Of a stretch of DNA of 64,000 bases, positions 18,375 to 28,006 are shown piece by piece. The position numbers and the translations under genes were made by a program. How positions within the stretch are numbered: position 1 is the stretch's first letter; the number at the start of each line of letters is the position of its first letter. This DNA comes from an uncultured beta proteobacterium (lineage in GTDB: Bacteria; Pseudomonadota; Gammaproteobacteria; Burkholderiales; SG8-41): assembly GCA_903889565.1 (NCBI GenBank), contig CAISYC010000048.1, forward strand, positions 1,680 to 65,679. The letters run 5' to 3'. The notes beneath the pieces were generated by a model. That model searched no databases. It was not told the origin of the DNA and saw only the letters and a program-made list of their open reading frames with translations.

Positions 18375-20096
18375 ATGTCGAGCAAAAACAGGCGTTTCAT
18401 CAGTGAGTTCTGGGCGCTGACGCGGCCCTATTGGTATTCCGGCGAGAAATGGGCGGCGCGCGGGCTGCTCGGTGCGGTGATTGCGCTGAACCTCGGCCTG
18501 GTCTACCTCGAGGTGATGCTGAGTTACTGGCAGAACGACTTCTACAACACCCTGCAGGCCAGCAACCAGAGCGCTTTTTTCCATGACCTCGCGCGGTTCT
18601 GCTGGCTGGCGGCAGCGTTCATCGTGCTCGCCGTCTACGAGCAGTACCTCAACCAGATGCTGCAGATCCGGTGGCGCCAGTGGCTGACCGATCATCTCAT
18701 GACGCAATGGATCGCCGGGCGCAATTACTATCGCATGCAACTCGCCGCGCATGGCGCGGACAACCCCGACCAGCGCATCGCCGAGGATCTCGCGCTGTTC
18801 TGCGAAAAAACGCTCGCTCTTTCCATCGGTCTGATGTCGGCGGTGATCACGCTGCTGTCCTTTTTGACAATCCTGTGGACGCTCTCCGGCACGCTCGATT
18901 TCGAAGTCGCCGGTCAGGCGGTCTCGATCCCCGGCTATATGGTGTGGGTGGCGCTGGTCTATTCGATCGCCGGTACCGTGCTCGCGCACCGCATCGGACG
19001 GCCGCTGGTCGGGCTCAACTTCGACAAACAGAAGGTCGAGGCCGATTTTCGCTTTGCGCTGGTGCGCTTCCGCGAACACGCCGAGGCGATCGCGCTCTAT
19101 CACGGCGAGGCCGATGAAAAGCGCCAGCTGCGCGAACGCTTCTCGGGTGTGGCCGCCAACTGGTGGGGCATCATGCGACGGACCAAGAAACTCACCTGGT
19201 TCAGCGCAGGCTACGGCCAGGTCGCGGTCGTGTTTCCCTTCCTGGTTGCGGCACCGCGTTTCTTCGCCGGCAAAATCCAGCTCGGCGACCTGATGCAGAC
19301 GGCAAGCGCGTTCAACAAGGTACAGTCGTCACTGAGCTGGTTCGTCGATGCCTATACGCAGGTCGCATCGTGGAAGGCGACGGTCGACCGGCTGACCGGC
19401 TTTCAGGCCGCGATCGCCGGCGCAACCCGGGAAGGCGAAGGCATCGTTGCACACCATGCCGATCAGAAAAACTACGCACTGCAGGCGGCGCGCGTCGATC
19501 TGCCGGGCGGGCGCACGCTGCTCGGCCCCGGCGATCTCGCCCTGAATTCCGGCGAACGCGTGCTGGTCAGCGGGCCGTCGGGCAGCGGCAAGAGCACGCT
19601 GTTCAGGGCCCTTGCCGGCATCTGGCCGTTCGGCGCCGGCGCCGTGCTGCGCCCGAAGGACGCGCGCGTCCTCTTTCTTCCGCAGAAACCCTATCTGTCG
19701 ATCGGCACGCTGCGCGAGCAGCTCTGTTATCCGTCGGCGCCGGACGCCTTCGACGATGAAGCCCTGAAGGCGGTGCTGGGCGACTGCGGCCTCGCCAATC
19801 TGCAACCGCAACTCGACGAAACGCGACACTGGGCGCAGCAACTCTCCGGCGGCGAACAGCAGCGTATCGCATTTGCGCGCGCGCTGCTGCAGAAACCCGA
19901 CTGGATATTCTTGGACGAGGCGAGCGCATCGCTCGATGCCGCCAGCGAATCGGTACTCTACGAGTTGCTGATCCAGCGTCTGCCGGCGGCGGCCATCATC
20001 AGCATCGCGCATCGCGAAAGCCTGCGCCGGTTTCATCCGCGCCACCTCGACATCAAACCCGCCGCTGACGCCGGCGGCCTTGCGTGGATCAAATGA
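18375..20096 (+). CDS. ABC transporter ATP-binding/permease fusion, YddA / SbmA-BacA-like
   Basis: An N-terminal ABC_membrane_2-type TMD (FW.L..PYW) is followed by Walker A GPSGSGKST, signature LSGGEQQR and Walker B IFLDEA. Confidence 0.85.
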   Translation: MSSKNRRFISEFWALTRPYWYSGEKWAARGLLGAVIALNLGLVYLEVMLSYWQNDFYNTLQASNQSAFFHDLARFCWLAAAFIVLAVYEQYLNQMLQIRWRQWLTDHLMTQWIAGRNYYRMQLAAHGADNPDQRIAEDLALFCEKTLALSIGLMSAVITLLSFLTILWTLSGTLDFEVAGQAVSIPGYMVWVALVYSIAGTVLAHRIGRPLVGLNFDKQKVEADFRFALVRFREHAEAIALYHGEADEKRQLRERFSGVAANWWGIMRRTKKLTWFSAGYGQVAVVFPFLVAAPRFFAGKIQLGDLMQTASAFNKVQSSLSWFVDAYTQVASWKATVDRLTGFQAAIAGATREGEGIVAHHADQKNYALQAARVDLPGGRTLLGPGDLALNSGERVLVSGPSGSGKSTLFRALAGIWPFGAGAVLRPKDARVLFLPQKPYLSIGTLREQLCYPSAPDAFDDEALKAVLGDCGLANLQPQLDETRHWAQQLSGGEQQRIAFARALLQKPDWIFLDEASASLDAASESVLYELLIQRLPAAAIISIAHRESLRRFHPRHLDIKPAADAGGLAWIK

Positions 20097-22980
20097 CCTG
20101 ACGCGGCGGTGCCGCCAGGCACACCGCGAGCGCGGCGGCATCGCAGGGCGCGCCGAAACGGAAGCCCTGCATTTCATCGCAGTCGTGGTCGCGCAGGAAC
20201 TTGACCTGCGCGGCAGTCTCGACGCCCTCGGCCGTCACCTTAAGGCGCAGACTGTGCGCCATCGCGATCACGGCGCGCGTGATCGCGGCGTCATCCGAAT
20301 TGCGCGCCACATCGGCAATGAACGAACGGTCGATCTTCACGCTATCGACCGGAAAGCGCTTGAGATAACCGAGCGAGGAAAAACCGGTACCGAAATCGTC
20401 GAGCGCCACGCGCACGCCCATCGCGCGCAGCCGGTCGAGCACCAGCGCGGCGCGTTCGGCATTGTCCATCACCGCGCTTTCGGTGATTTCCAGTTCCAGC
20501 TGTGCGGCGGCAAGGCCGCTGTCGCGCAGGACCTCGGCGACGGCATCGACAAGTCCGTCGCGACCGAACTGGCGTGCCGACAGATTGACGGCGACCGGAA
20601 CCGCGTTGCCGGCCGCCCCCCAGGCCTGCGCATCGCGGCAGGCGGTGCGGATCACCCAGTCGCCGATGGCGATGATGAGTCCGGTCTCTTCTGCGAGCCC
20701 GATCAATTCCGCCGGGGCGATCGCGCCGCGCGTCGGATGCTGCCAGCGCAACAGCGCCTCGACGCCGGTCACGCAACCGCTGCGGCTGTCGATCTTCGGC
20801 TGGTAATGCAGATGCAGTTCCTGCCGCTCGAGCGCGCGCCGCAGATCGGTTTCGAGCGCGAGCCGTTCGAGCGAATGCCGGTTGGCCTGCGCCGAATAGA
20901 ACTGGAAATTGTTCTTGCCGGTCTCCTTGGCGCGGTACATCGCGATGTCGGCGTTTTTCAGCAGCGCCTGCATGTCGGAGCCGTCCTCCGGATACACGCT
21001 GACGCCGATGCTGGCGGTGACGTGATAATCCTGTCCGGACAGCTCGTAGGGCTCGGCCACCGCATCGAGAATTTTCTGCGCCACGCCGGCCGCCTGCGCG
21101 GTTCCGTTCATGTCCTCGACCAGGACCACGAATTCGTCGCCGCCCTGGCGCGCAATCGTGTCGGATTCGCGCAGGCAGTTGCGCAGCCGTGTCGCCACCT
21201 CCTGCAACAGGCGGTCGCCGGCGTCGTGACCCAGCGTGTCATTGATGATCTTGAAGCGGTCGAGATCAAGAAACATCACGGCGACTTTGCGGCCGTTGCG
21301 CTGCGCGCGGGCGAGTGCCTGCGCCAGGCGCTCGCCGAACATCGCGCGGTTGGGCAGCCCGGTCAGCGCGTCGTGGTTGGCGAAAAACGTCAGATTGAGT
21401 TCGGCCTCCTTGCGCGCAATGAACTGGCCGACCTGACTGCCGATCGAGCGCGCCACGCGCAGCAACCCGTCGTCGCGCGGCCGCCGCTCGGCAGCAAAAA
21501 ACTCGATTACGCCGTAAAACTTGCCGAGTATCAGGATCGGGAACGCCATCGCCGCGTGCAGTCCCGCGCGCGCCGCTTCGGCGCCGCGGTTGAAGCTCGC
21601 CTCGGCGGCGACATCCTCCATCCACACCGGTTCGCCGGTCGCCCACACGCCGCGCAGCAAGCCGCCGCTGTGCGGCTGGAAATCGCGCCGCACCGTATGG
21701 TTGAATTCCGCAAACGCCTTCGCCGCCGGCGTATCGACCTGCCACGACTCGATGCAGTTGAGCTGCTGGTCGGCGGTATTGAGCACCCAGCGCGCACCGT
21801 AAGCCCAGCCGGCGGTGGTGCAGAATTTTTCCAGCACCGCTTGCATCGCTTCCTCGATGCCCTGCGATTCGGACAGCACGCGCGTCACTGCATGTTCCAG
21901 CTGCTGCAGTTGTTCGCTGCGGCGCCGCTCGCTGATGTCGGCGAGTATCATCACGCTGCCGTCGGCCACGCCGTCGGCATTGCGCAGCGGCGCCGCCGAC
22001 AGGCTCACCGCGATGCGCGTGGCGTCGCTGCGCTGGCGTTCGGTCTCGACATTGAGAAATTCCTCGCCGCGTCGAATGCGATCCAGAAACTGCGCCTTCT
22101 CCGCCAGCTTGTCCGGCGGCACCGACGGTGACTGCCGCCCCAGCACTTCGCGCTCGCTCCAGCCGAAAATCCGCTCGGCAGCGCGGTTCCAGCGGTTGAC
22201 GACGCCGTCTTCGCTCTGCACCACGATCGCCAGCGGCGAGGCATCGATCAGCGCATCCAGACGCGCCGAAGAGCGCTGCAGTTGCGTCTCGGTCAGGCGT
22301 TGCGCCTCGATGCGTTCGCTCAGCGCCTGGTTCGCCAGCGACAGACTGGCAACCAGTGTTGCGTTGTCGAAACGCGTGCGCAACAGGTCGAGATGCGTGC
22401 GATGCATGATCGGCGCCAGCGCGCCCATCACGCCTGCAAACACCAGCAGCAGCATGCCGGAATACAGCGACAGCGGCGTGTTTTGCGCAAAAATGGCGAC
22501 GATCAGCGGCAGCAGCGCAGTCACCGCAAAGCCGTAGAACGCCAGCCGCACCGGCGTCAGCACCACCAGCGCCGAGGCGACCATGCCGCAGACGGCAAAC
22601 ATCACCAGCAACTCGTAGAGAAACTGCCCGGCCGGCAACAGCAAAGAACCGAGCAATCCCCAGGTCGCACCCATCGCGGTTGCACCCGCGATGAAACGGT
22701 GCCGCCATAGCGCCAGTTCGCCGTGACCGGGCGCCTGCGCCATGAAGCGCCGGTAGAGCGCAAAGCGCGCGGCGGTCACCGCAACCACCAGAACCAGCCA
22801 AACGAGCAGTTCGGACAGCGGCTCGATCAGGAACAAGGCGAGCGCAATTACCGCCGCGTTGAGCAGCGTACCGAAGTAACCCGGTCGGGACAGGCGATAG
22901 AGCAGGCGGACGCGCTCGGCCTCGACTGCGGCATCGGCGCTCGCCAGCGCGGCCGGCTCCGGCGGAACCTGCGAACTCAT
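20089..22980 (-). CDS. membrane sensor with PAS-GAF-GGDEF-EAL domains (c-di-GMP turnover)
   Basis: 963 aa. The order is about 7 N-terminal TM helices, a PAS region, a GAF-like region, the GGDEF motif (QGGDEFVV), then the EAL domain (VEALLRW, ELEITES, DDFGTG). Confidence 0.9.
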   Translation of the reverse strand: MSSQVPPEPAALASADAAVEAERVRLLYRLSRPGYFGTLLNAAVIALALFLIEPLSELLVWLVLVVAVTAARFALYRRFMAQAPGHGELALWRHRFIAGATAMGATWGLLGSLLLPAGQFLYELLVMFAVCGMVASALVVLTPVRLAFYGFAVTALLPLIVAIFAQNTPLSLYSGMLLLVFAGVMGALAPIMHRTHLDLLRTRFDNATLVASLSLANQALSERIEAQRLTETQLQRSSARLDALIDASPLAIVVQSEDGVVNRWNRAAERIFGWSEREVLGRQSPSVPPDKLAEKAQFLDRIRRGEEFLNVETERQRSDATRIAVSLSAAPLRNADGVADGSVMILADISERRRSEQLQQLEHAVTRVLSESQGIEEAMQAVLEKFCTTAGWAYGARWVLNTADQQLNCIESWQVDTPAAKAFAEFNHTVRRDFQPHSGGLLRGVWATGEPVWMEDVAAEASFNRGAEAARAGLHAAMAFPILILGKFYGVIEFFAAERRPRDDGLLRVARSIGSQVGQFIARKEAELNLTFFANHDALTGLPNRAMFGERLAQALARAQRNGRKVAVMFLDLDRFKIINDTLGHDAGDRLLQEVATRLRNCLRESDTIARQGGDEFVVLVEDMNGTAQAAGVAQKILDAVAEPYELSGQDYHVTASIGVSVYPEDGSDMQALLKNADIAMYRAKETGKNNFQFYSAQANRHSLERLALETDLRRALERQELHLHYQPKIDSRSGCVTGVEALLRWQHPTRGAIAPAELIGLAEETGLIIAIGDWVIRTACRDAQAWGAAGNAVPVAVNLSARQFGRDGLVDAVAEVLRDSGLAAAQLELEITESAVMDNAERAALVLDRLRAMGVRVALDDFGTGFSSLGYLKRFPVDSVKIDRSFIADVARNSDDAAITRAVIAMAHSLRLKVTAEGVETAAQVKFLRDHDCDEMQGFRFGAPCDAAALAVCLAAPPRQVI

Positions 22981-23020
22981 GGCGCGCTGCCGTTCATGCG
23001 GACTTTGCCGGGCCCGCGGA

Positions 23021-24001
23021 TCAGTGCGCGGCGCCGGCGATGGCGTCGGCCTTGCGCAGGATGCTTTGCGCCATGCGGATGTTGGCGATATCGATCATGC
23101 GGCCGTCCAACTGCGCCGCGCCGCGGCCTTCGCGCGCGGCCTGCGCCATCGCTTCGACAATTGCGCGCGCGCGCGCAAGGTCGCCGGCGGTCGGACTGAA
23201 CTCGGCGTTGACGATATCGATCTGCGCCGGGTGTATCACCATGCGACCCTCGAAACCAAGCGCCGCCGAACGCTTGCTCGACGCGGTGAGGCCGTCCTTG
23301 TCGTTGAAATCGCTGTAGGGCCCGTCGAGCGGCCGCAGACCGTAAGCGCGGCAGGCGGCGACGATGCGCGCCTGCGCCGCATGCCAGGGGTCGAGCTGGA
23401 AAAACGCGCGCCGGCCGTCTTTGTCCGCATCGGCGAGCACGCCATAATCCGCATTGAGGCCGCCGATCGTGGTGGTGCGCGCGCCGGTCGAGGCGGCGAA
23501 GTCGCCGGAGCCGAAGCACATCGCCTCCAGCCGTTTGCTCGATTGCGCGATCGATTCGACATTGCACAAGCCGAGCGCGGTCTCGATCATGATTTCAAAA
23601 CCGATGCGCTTGCTGCGGCCATGCGCGTTTTCGATCTGCGTCACCAGCACATCGAGCGCATAAACGTCGGCCGCGACGCCGACCTTCGGCAGAAAAAGCA
23701 TGTCCACGCGCGGACACGCCTCGACGACCTCGATGACATCTCGGTAGGTGTACGGCGTATCCAAACCGTTGATGCGCACATTCACCGTGCGTGTGCCCCA
23801 ATCGAGATCGTTCAGCGCGGCGATGATGTTCTTGCGCGCGCGCGGCTTGTCGTCCGGCGCGACTGAATCCTCAAGGTCGAAAAAAATCACGTCGGCGGCG
23901 CTGCGGCTCGCCTTCTCGATCATTTTCGGATTGGAGGCGGGCACCGCCAGTTCGGAACGGTGCAGGCGCGGCGTGGCCGGCTCGTAAACAGTCAAACTCA
24001 T
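23021..24001 (-). CDS. HpcH/HpaI-CitE family lyase, malyl-CoA/beta-methylmalyl-CoA lyase-like
   Basis: Collinear by memory with Mcl/MclA. Shared motifs: DLEDSVAPDDK, NDLDWG, RINGLDTP.YRDV, PKVG.AADVYA.D, GDFAAS, DPWH and IHP.Q. The ORF was trimmed to ATG 24001. Confidence 0.8.
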   Translation of the reverse strand: MSLTVYEPATPRLHRSELAVPASNPKMIEKASRSAADVIFFDLEDSVAPDDKPRARKNIIAALNDLDWGTRTVNVRINGLDTPYTYRDVIEVVEACPRVDMLFLPKVGVAADVYALDVLVTQIENAHGRSKRIGFEIMIETALGLCNVESIAQSSKRLEAMCFGSGDFAASTGARTTTIGGLNADYGVLADADKDGRRAFFQLDPWHAAQARIVAACRAYGLRPLDGPYSDFNDKDGLTASSKRSAALGFEGRMVIHPAQIDIVNAEFSPTAGDLARARAIVEAMAQAAREGRGAAQLDGRMIDIANIRMAQSILRKADAIAGAAH

Positions 24002-24090
24002 GCTGATCCCCGTGTCTACCGCCGGCAAGGCGTGCCGGCGGACTTTGCATCGAGTCTACCGCAGTGCGGGCGCCTTTCGCGCGCCGGCGA

Positions 24091-24975
24091 TCATTTGCCG
24101 CCGGCGCGCTCCAGCACTTCGATCATGCGCGAAAAATCCGAATACGCGCCGCCGCTGCCGACCAGGGCATTGATCTGCTGCAGGGTCACCGCGGCGGCCG
24201 GCGACGGCAGGCCGAGCTCATGCGTGAGGCCGAGCACGATATTGAGATCCTTATGATAGAAGCGCGCATCGACGCCGTTGTCGAAATTGCGCTCGACCAT
24301 GCGCAGGCCGAACAGTTCGAGCACGCGGCTGGCGGCAAATCCGCCGAGCATCGCTTCGCGCACGCGCGCCGGCTCGACCCCGCAACGCGCGGCCAGATTC
24401 ATCGCCTCGGCCACCCCCTGCAGCGTGACCGTCAGGCTCAATTGATTGCAGGCCTTGGTCACCTGCCCGGCGCCATGCTCGCCCATGTGCAGTATGGTTT
24501 TACCCATGCAAGCGAACAGCGGTTTTACCCGCTCGAATACCTCGGGCTTGCCGCCGGCCATGATGGACAGCGTGCCGTCGCGCGCGCCCATCGGCCCGCC
24601 GGACACCGGCGCATCGATGTGCTCGATGCCGCGCGCTTCGAGCGCCGCCGCAATGCGGCGGGCCGCCAGCGGCGAAATCGTCGCCATGTCGATGACGACT
24701 GCCCCCGCCGCCGCGCCTTCGATAATGCCCTGCGCGCCCAGCGTCACTTCTTCGCAGTCCGCCGCCGTCGTCACCATCGTAATGATGACGGCGGACGCGC
24801 GCGCCACCTCGGCAGGCGAAGCGGCCAGCTGCGCGCCGGCCTTGACGAGATTGGCCGCCGCCTGCGCACGCCGCGCATACACGGTCAGCGCGTAACCCGC
24901 TTTGAGCAGATTGAGCGCCATCGGCCGCCCCATCGCGCCGATGCCGATGAACCCGAGTGCCGGCAGGCCGCTCAT
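24091..24975 (-). CDS. NAD(P)-dependent 3-hydroxyisobutyrate / tartronate-semialdehyde reductase family dehydrogenase
   Basis: Rossmann motif GFIGIGAMGRPMALNL and the DAPVSGG motif. Its start overlaps the upstream gene's stop (ATGA at 24972-24975). Confidence 0.85.
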   Translation of the reverse strand: MSGLPALGFIGIGAMGRPMALNLLKAGYALTVYARRAQAAANLVKAGAQLAASPAEVARASAVIITMVTTAADCEEVTLGAQGIIEGAAAGAVVIDMATISPLAARRIAAALEARGIEHIDAPVSGGPMGARDGTLSIMAGGKPEVFERVKPLFACMGKTILHMGEHGAGQVTKACNQLSLTVTLQGVAEAMNLAARCGVEPARVREAMLGGFAASRVLELFGLRMVERNFDNGVDARFYHKDLNIVLGLTHELGLPSPAAAVTLQQINALVGSGGAYSDFSRMIEVLERAGGK

Positions 24976-25787
24976 GGCTTGCACGCCAGAATCGGTTTCA
25001 CGTTCGGATTGCTGCTCCAGTCGCGCTCGATATGGCGCCGCAGATGGCCCAGTGTCGCATAGCGCAAGGGCTTCACGCCGACCATCGCTTCGATCCGCAC
25101 GTTGCCGCCGACGGTCGTCGGCACCCGATGAACGCGATAGACCTGCCAGTCGGCAATCGCGGTCGCATCCTCAAAGCTTGACGTGCGGCTGTCCTGGCGC
25201 CAGATACCGGCCAGCGTCATGTCGCTGCGCTTGCCGTCCGCACCGCCGGCGTATCCGAACACGATATCGAAGCTGATATCACCGTTGGCCTCGCGCTTCA
25301 AGTGCCCGCGGGCCTGCCACGGCGCCTCGAAATCGCGTCTCGCCTCGCCCCCGCGACCAACGCGAATCGCGTTTTTCGCATCATCAAGATTGAACGCCTT
25401 GCCGGCATCCAGCGCCGCCGGGCCCTCGGGCGCCGCGCGCGCCAGCAGGCGCAGCAGCAACTGCAATTGCAACACCGGCTCGTCGAGTTCGCGCATTTCA
25501 TGCAGGCGCTCGGGCGTGATGCCCTTGATCAGCAGCGCCGCGTCGTCGCACACCGTCATCACCGCGCCGTCGATTACGACGCCGCCGCGGCGCTCTTCAC
25601 GGATGACGCGGTTGTCGCCGTTGTCCGCGCGATCGAATTGCCAGGCCGCGGTAAAATCGCGCGCCGGTTCAGCCAGGCGCAGACTGACGCTGCCGGCACG
25701 GTACCACTGCGCCGCCGGCGAAGGATTCTGCGCGTGCGCAAGCGCGGTCGTTACGCACAGCGCGGCGATCTGCCAAAATTTTTGCAT
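24972..25787 (-). CDS. secreted hypothetical protein (no family recognised)
   Basis: Sec signal peptide MQKFWQIAALCVTTALAHA|Q. A strong Shine-Dalgarno (GGAGGAG) is present. It is translationally coupled to the downstream dehydrogenase. Confidence 0.7.
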   Translation of the reverse strand: MQKFWQIAALCVTTALAHAQNPSPAAQWYRAGSVSLRLAEPARDFTAAWQFDRADNGDNRVIREERRGGVVIDGAVMTVCDDAALLIKGITPERLHEMRELDEPVLQLQLLLRLLARAAPEGPAALDAGKAFNLDDAKNAIRVGRGGEARRDFEAPWQARGHLKREANGDISFDIVFGYAGGADGKRSDMTLAGIWRQDSRTSSFEDATAIADWQVYRVHRVPTTVGGNVRIEAMVGVKPLRYATLGHLRRHIERDWSSNPNVKPILACKP

Positions 25788-25885
25788 GCCCTGCTCCTCC
25801 AGCCTTGCATCTTAAGCGCGCCCGCGCCGCCGTGCGACAGCCGCCGACCGGCGGCTGATGGCGCACGACCGGCGGACCCGCTGCT

Positions 25886-26839
25886 TCAGTGAATCAATCC
25901 GAGCGCCAGCGTCAACGGCAGCGTCAACCAGAACAGAATTGTACTCCAGCCGATCAACAGCGCCGCCGCAGCAGAGTCGAGGCGAAAACGTTCGGCCAGC
26001 AGCAGCACCGTCATCATCGCCGGCGTGGTGGCCTCGATCGACGCTGCGTAATGCGCTTCATTGAGCGGCGCAAACAGCAGGCGCGCGGCAATTGCCACCA
26101 GCAGCGGCGCGAACAGCAGCTTGATGCCGGCCACGGCGAGAATTTCCGGGCGCGGCGTCAGATTGCGCCAGGGGATCGTCATGCCGAGCACGAACAGCAC
26201 GAGCGGTATGGTGGCCTGCCCGATCATGTGCGCGGCATTCACCAGCGGCGCGTAGGCGAGCCCCGTGTATTGCAGCACGAGCCCCAGCAAAAAGGCCCAC
26301 AGCAACGGGATCGACAGCACCACGCGCCATACCGACGGATAGGAATCGACGCTGCCATGGGAACCCAGGCGCGTCGCGATCCACACGCCGAGCGTCCACA
26401 CGAAGGGCATGGTCATCAGCATGTCGTTGAACACCGCATAACGCACCGCGTCGCGGCCGAAGAAGAACATCAGCACCGGCGCGCCGAGGTTGAAGGTATT
26501 GCCCCACATGCCGCCGATCATCAGCGCCGCCCGCGTCGGATCGGCGAGACCGCGACCAAGCGGCGACACATAAAGCAACAGAAAGAGCACGACGCCGGAA
26601 CCCAGCATGCCGAGTCCGACCAGCAGCGGCACCGCCAGCAAATCGCCGGTGATGCGCGTACTGGCGCCGACGGCGAACAGGATGCAGGGAAAAAACAGAT
26701 AGAGCACGAGACGATTCAACTGCGAACGCAGCGCCTCCGCGTCGGTGTCCGGAAACAGCAGCGGCCACACCGCGCCGGCGCCAACCAGCAGCGACAGCGG
26801 CAGCATGACCTCGACCATCAGGTTGAATAACTGGATCAT
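25886..26839 (-). CDS. AEC (auxin efflux carrier) family transporter
   Basis: 317 aa with about 10 TM helices. The N-terminus (LPLSLLVGAGAVW) and overall layout are typical of AEC/malonate-type permeases. Confidence 0.8.
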   Translation of the reverse strand: MIQLFNLMVEVMLPLSLLVGAGAVWPLLFPDTDAEALRSQLNRLVLYLFFPCILFAVGASTRITGDLLAVPLLVGLGMLGSGVVLFLLLYVSPLGRGLADPTRAALMIGGMWGNTFNLGAPVLMFFFGRDAVRYAVFNDMLMTMPFVWTLGVWIATRLGSHGSVDSYPSVWRVVLSIPLLWAFLLGLVLQYTGLAYAPLVNAAHMIGQATIPLVLFVLGMTIPWRNLTPRPEILAVAGIKLLFAPLLVAIAARLLFAPLNEAHYAASIEATTPAMMTVLLLAERFRLDSAAAALLIGWSTILFWLTLPLTLALGLIH

Positions 26840-26947
26840 TTAAATTCGAACCACGCCGCAGATTCAGGTGCGAACGGCACACGCAAACGCGAGCACGGAC
26901 CGGACCGCCAATAGGACCGGACGAGTTGCGATGGATTACTCGGTATT

Positions 26948-26965
26948 CTCTGTGAACGCTGTGGC
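26948..26965. repeat. third copy of the CTCTGTGAAC.CTGTGGC 18-mer
   Basis: ctctgtgaacgctgtggc matches the reverse complement of the 35305 arm at 17 of 18 positions. It begins 8 nt after the ghrB-like stop on the minus strand, the same spacing as the 35370 copy from the mmsA stop. Confidence 0.75.
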
Positions 26966-26973
26966 GAACGCTT

Positions 26974-27951
26974 TCAGGCCTTGACCTCGGGATTCACCAG
27001 ATTCGGCGGCCGCTGCCCGGCGAGCGTGGCGACGGCATTGGCGGCGGCCGTCATCGCCATCGCGCGGCGCGTCGCCTCGGTCGAACTGCCGATGTGCGGC
27101 GAGAGCACGACGTTTTTCAGCGCCAGGAAACCGGGATTGAGTTTGGGTTCATTTTCGAACACATCAAGACCGGCGGCGCGAATGGTGCCGGCCTGCAGCG
27201 CAGCGATCAGCGCCGCATCGTCAACCACGCCGCCGCGCGTCGAGTTGATGAGGATTGCGGTCGACTTCATTTTTGCGAGTTCATACGCGCCGATCAGATG
27301 ATGCGTTTCTTTCGAATACGGCATTTGCAGGATCACAAAGTCGGCCTGCGCCAGCAGTTCGTCCTGCGTTACCCAGGTTGCATTGAGGCGCTGCTCGAGA
27401 TCGACGGCGAGCCGTTTGCGATTGTGATAAATCACCCGCATGTCGAAGCCGCCGGCGCGTTTGGCGATGGCCTGACCGATGCGTCCCATGCCGATGATGC
27501 CGAGCGTCGCGTGATGCACATCGACGCCCAGCCATTGCTTGAGCCGCCAGCCGGTCCACTCACCATCGCGAATGTACGACTCGACCTCGGTCAGGCGCCG
27601 CGCGGTGGCCAGCATCAGCGTCCACGCAAGATCGGCGGTGCTGTCGTCGAGCACGCCCGGCGTGTTGGTCACCATGATCCCGCGCGCGGTGCACGCCGCC
27701 ACGTCGATGTTGTTGTAGCCGACCGCAATGTTCGCCACCACTTTCAGATCCGGGCATTGCGCGATCAAATCGGCATCGACCTTGTCGGTCAGCGAGCACA
27801 TCAGCGCCTGCGCCGGTTTGAGGCGCCGCCCGATCGCGTCGGCGGTCAGCGTCACATCGGCCTGATTGGCATCGACATCGCAATGCGCCGCCAGAAAAGC
27901 GATGGTTTCGTCGAATACTTCGCGCGTCACCAGAATACGGGGTTTGCTCAT
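26974..27951 (-). CDS. glyoxylate/hydroxypyruvate reductase (GhrB/TkrA-like D-2-hydroxyacid dehydrogenase)
   Basis: NAD-binding site GIIGMGRIGQAIAKR, plus NSTRGGVVDD and SPHIGSST motifs. The N-terminal KPRILVTR is typical of GhrB-like enzymes. Confidence 0.85.
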   Translation of the reverse strand: MSKPRILVTREVFDETIAFLAAHCDVDANQADVTLTADAIGRRLKPAQALMCSLTDKVDADLIAQCPDLKVVANIAVGYNNIDVAACTARGIMVTNTPGVLDDSTADLAWTLMLATARRLTEVESYIRDGEWTGWRLKQWLGVDVHHATLGIIGMGRIGQAIAKRAGGFDMRVIYHNRKRLAVDLEQRLNATWVTQDELLAQADFVILQMPYSKETHHLIGAYELAKMKSTAILINSTRGGVVDDAALIAALQAGTIRAAGLDVFENEPKLNPGFLALKNVVLSPHIGSSTEATRRAMAMTAAANAVATLAGQRPPNLVNPEVKA

Positions 27952-28006
27952 GGCATATCTCTTTACGGTTCGAACAGTCGTCTCGATTATCGCATGCGGC
28001 GGCGGC

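Noticed and set aside
20080-22131. 683-aa + strand ORF
   Set aside because: It lies entirely antisense to the well-supported PAS-GAF-GGDEF-EAL gene. The product is Arg/Ala/Gly-rich low-complexity sequence with no motifs. This is a typical shadow ORF of GC-rich DNA.
25850-25867. Palindrome agccgccg-ac-cggcggct downstream of the AEC transporter gene, considered as a terminator
   Set aside because: The loop is too small and no U-run follows on the transcribed strand. It is probably just a GC palindrome.
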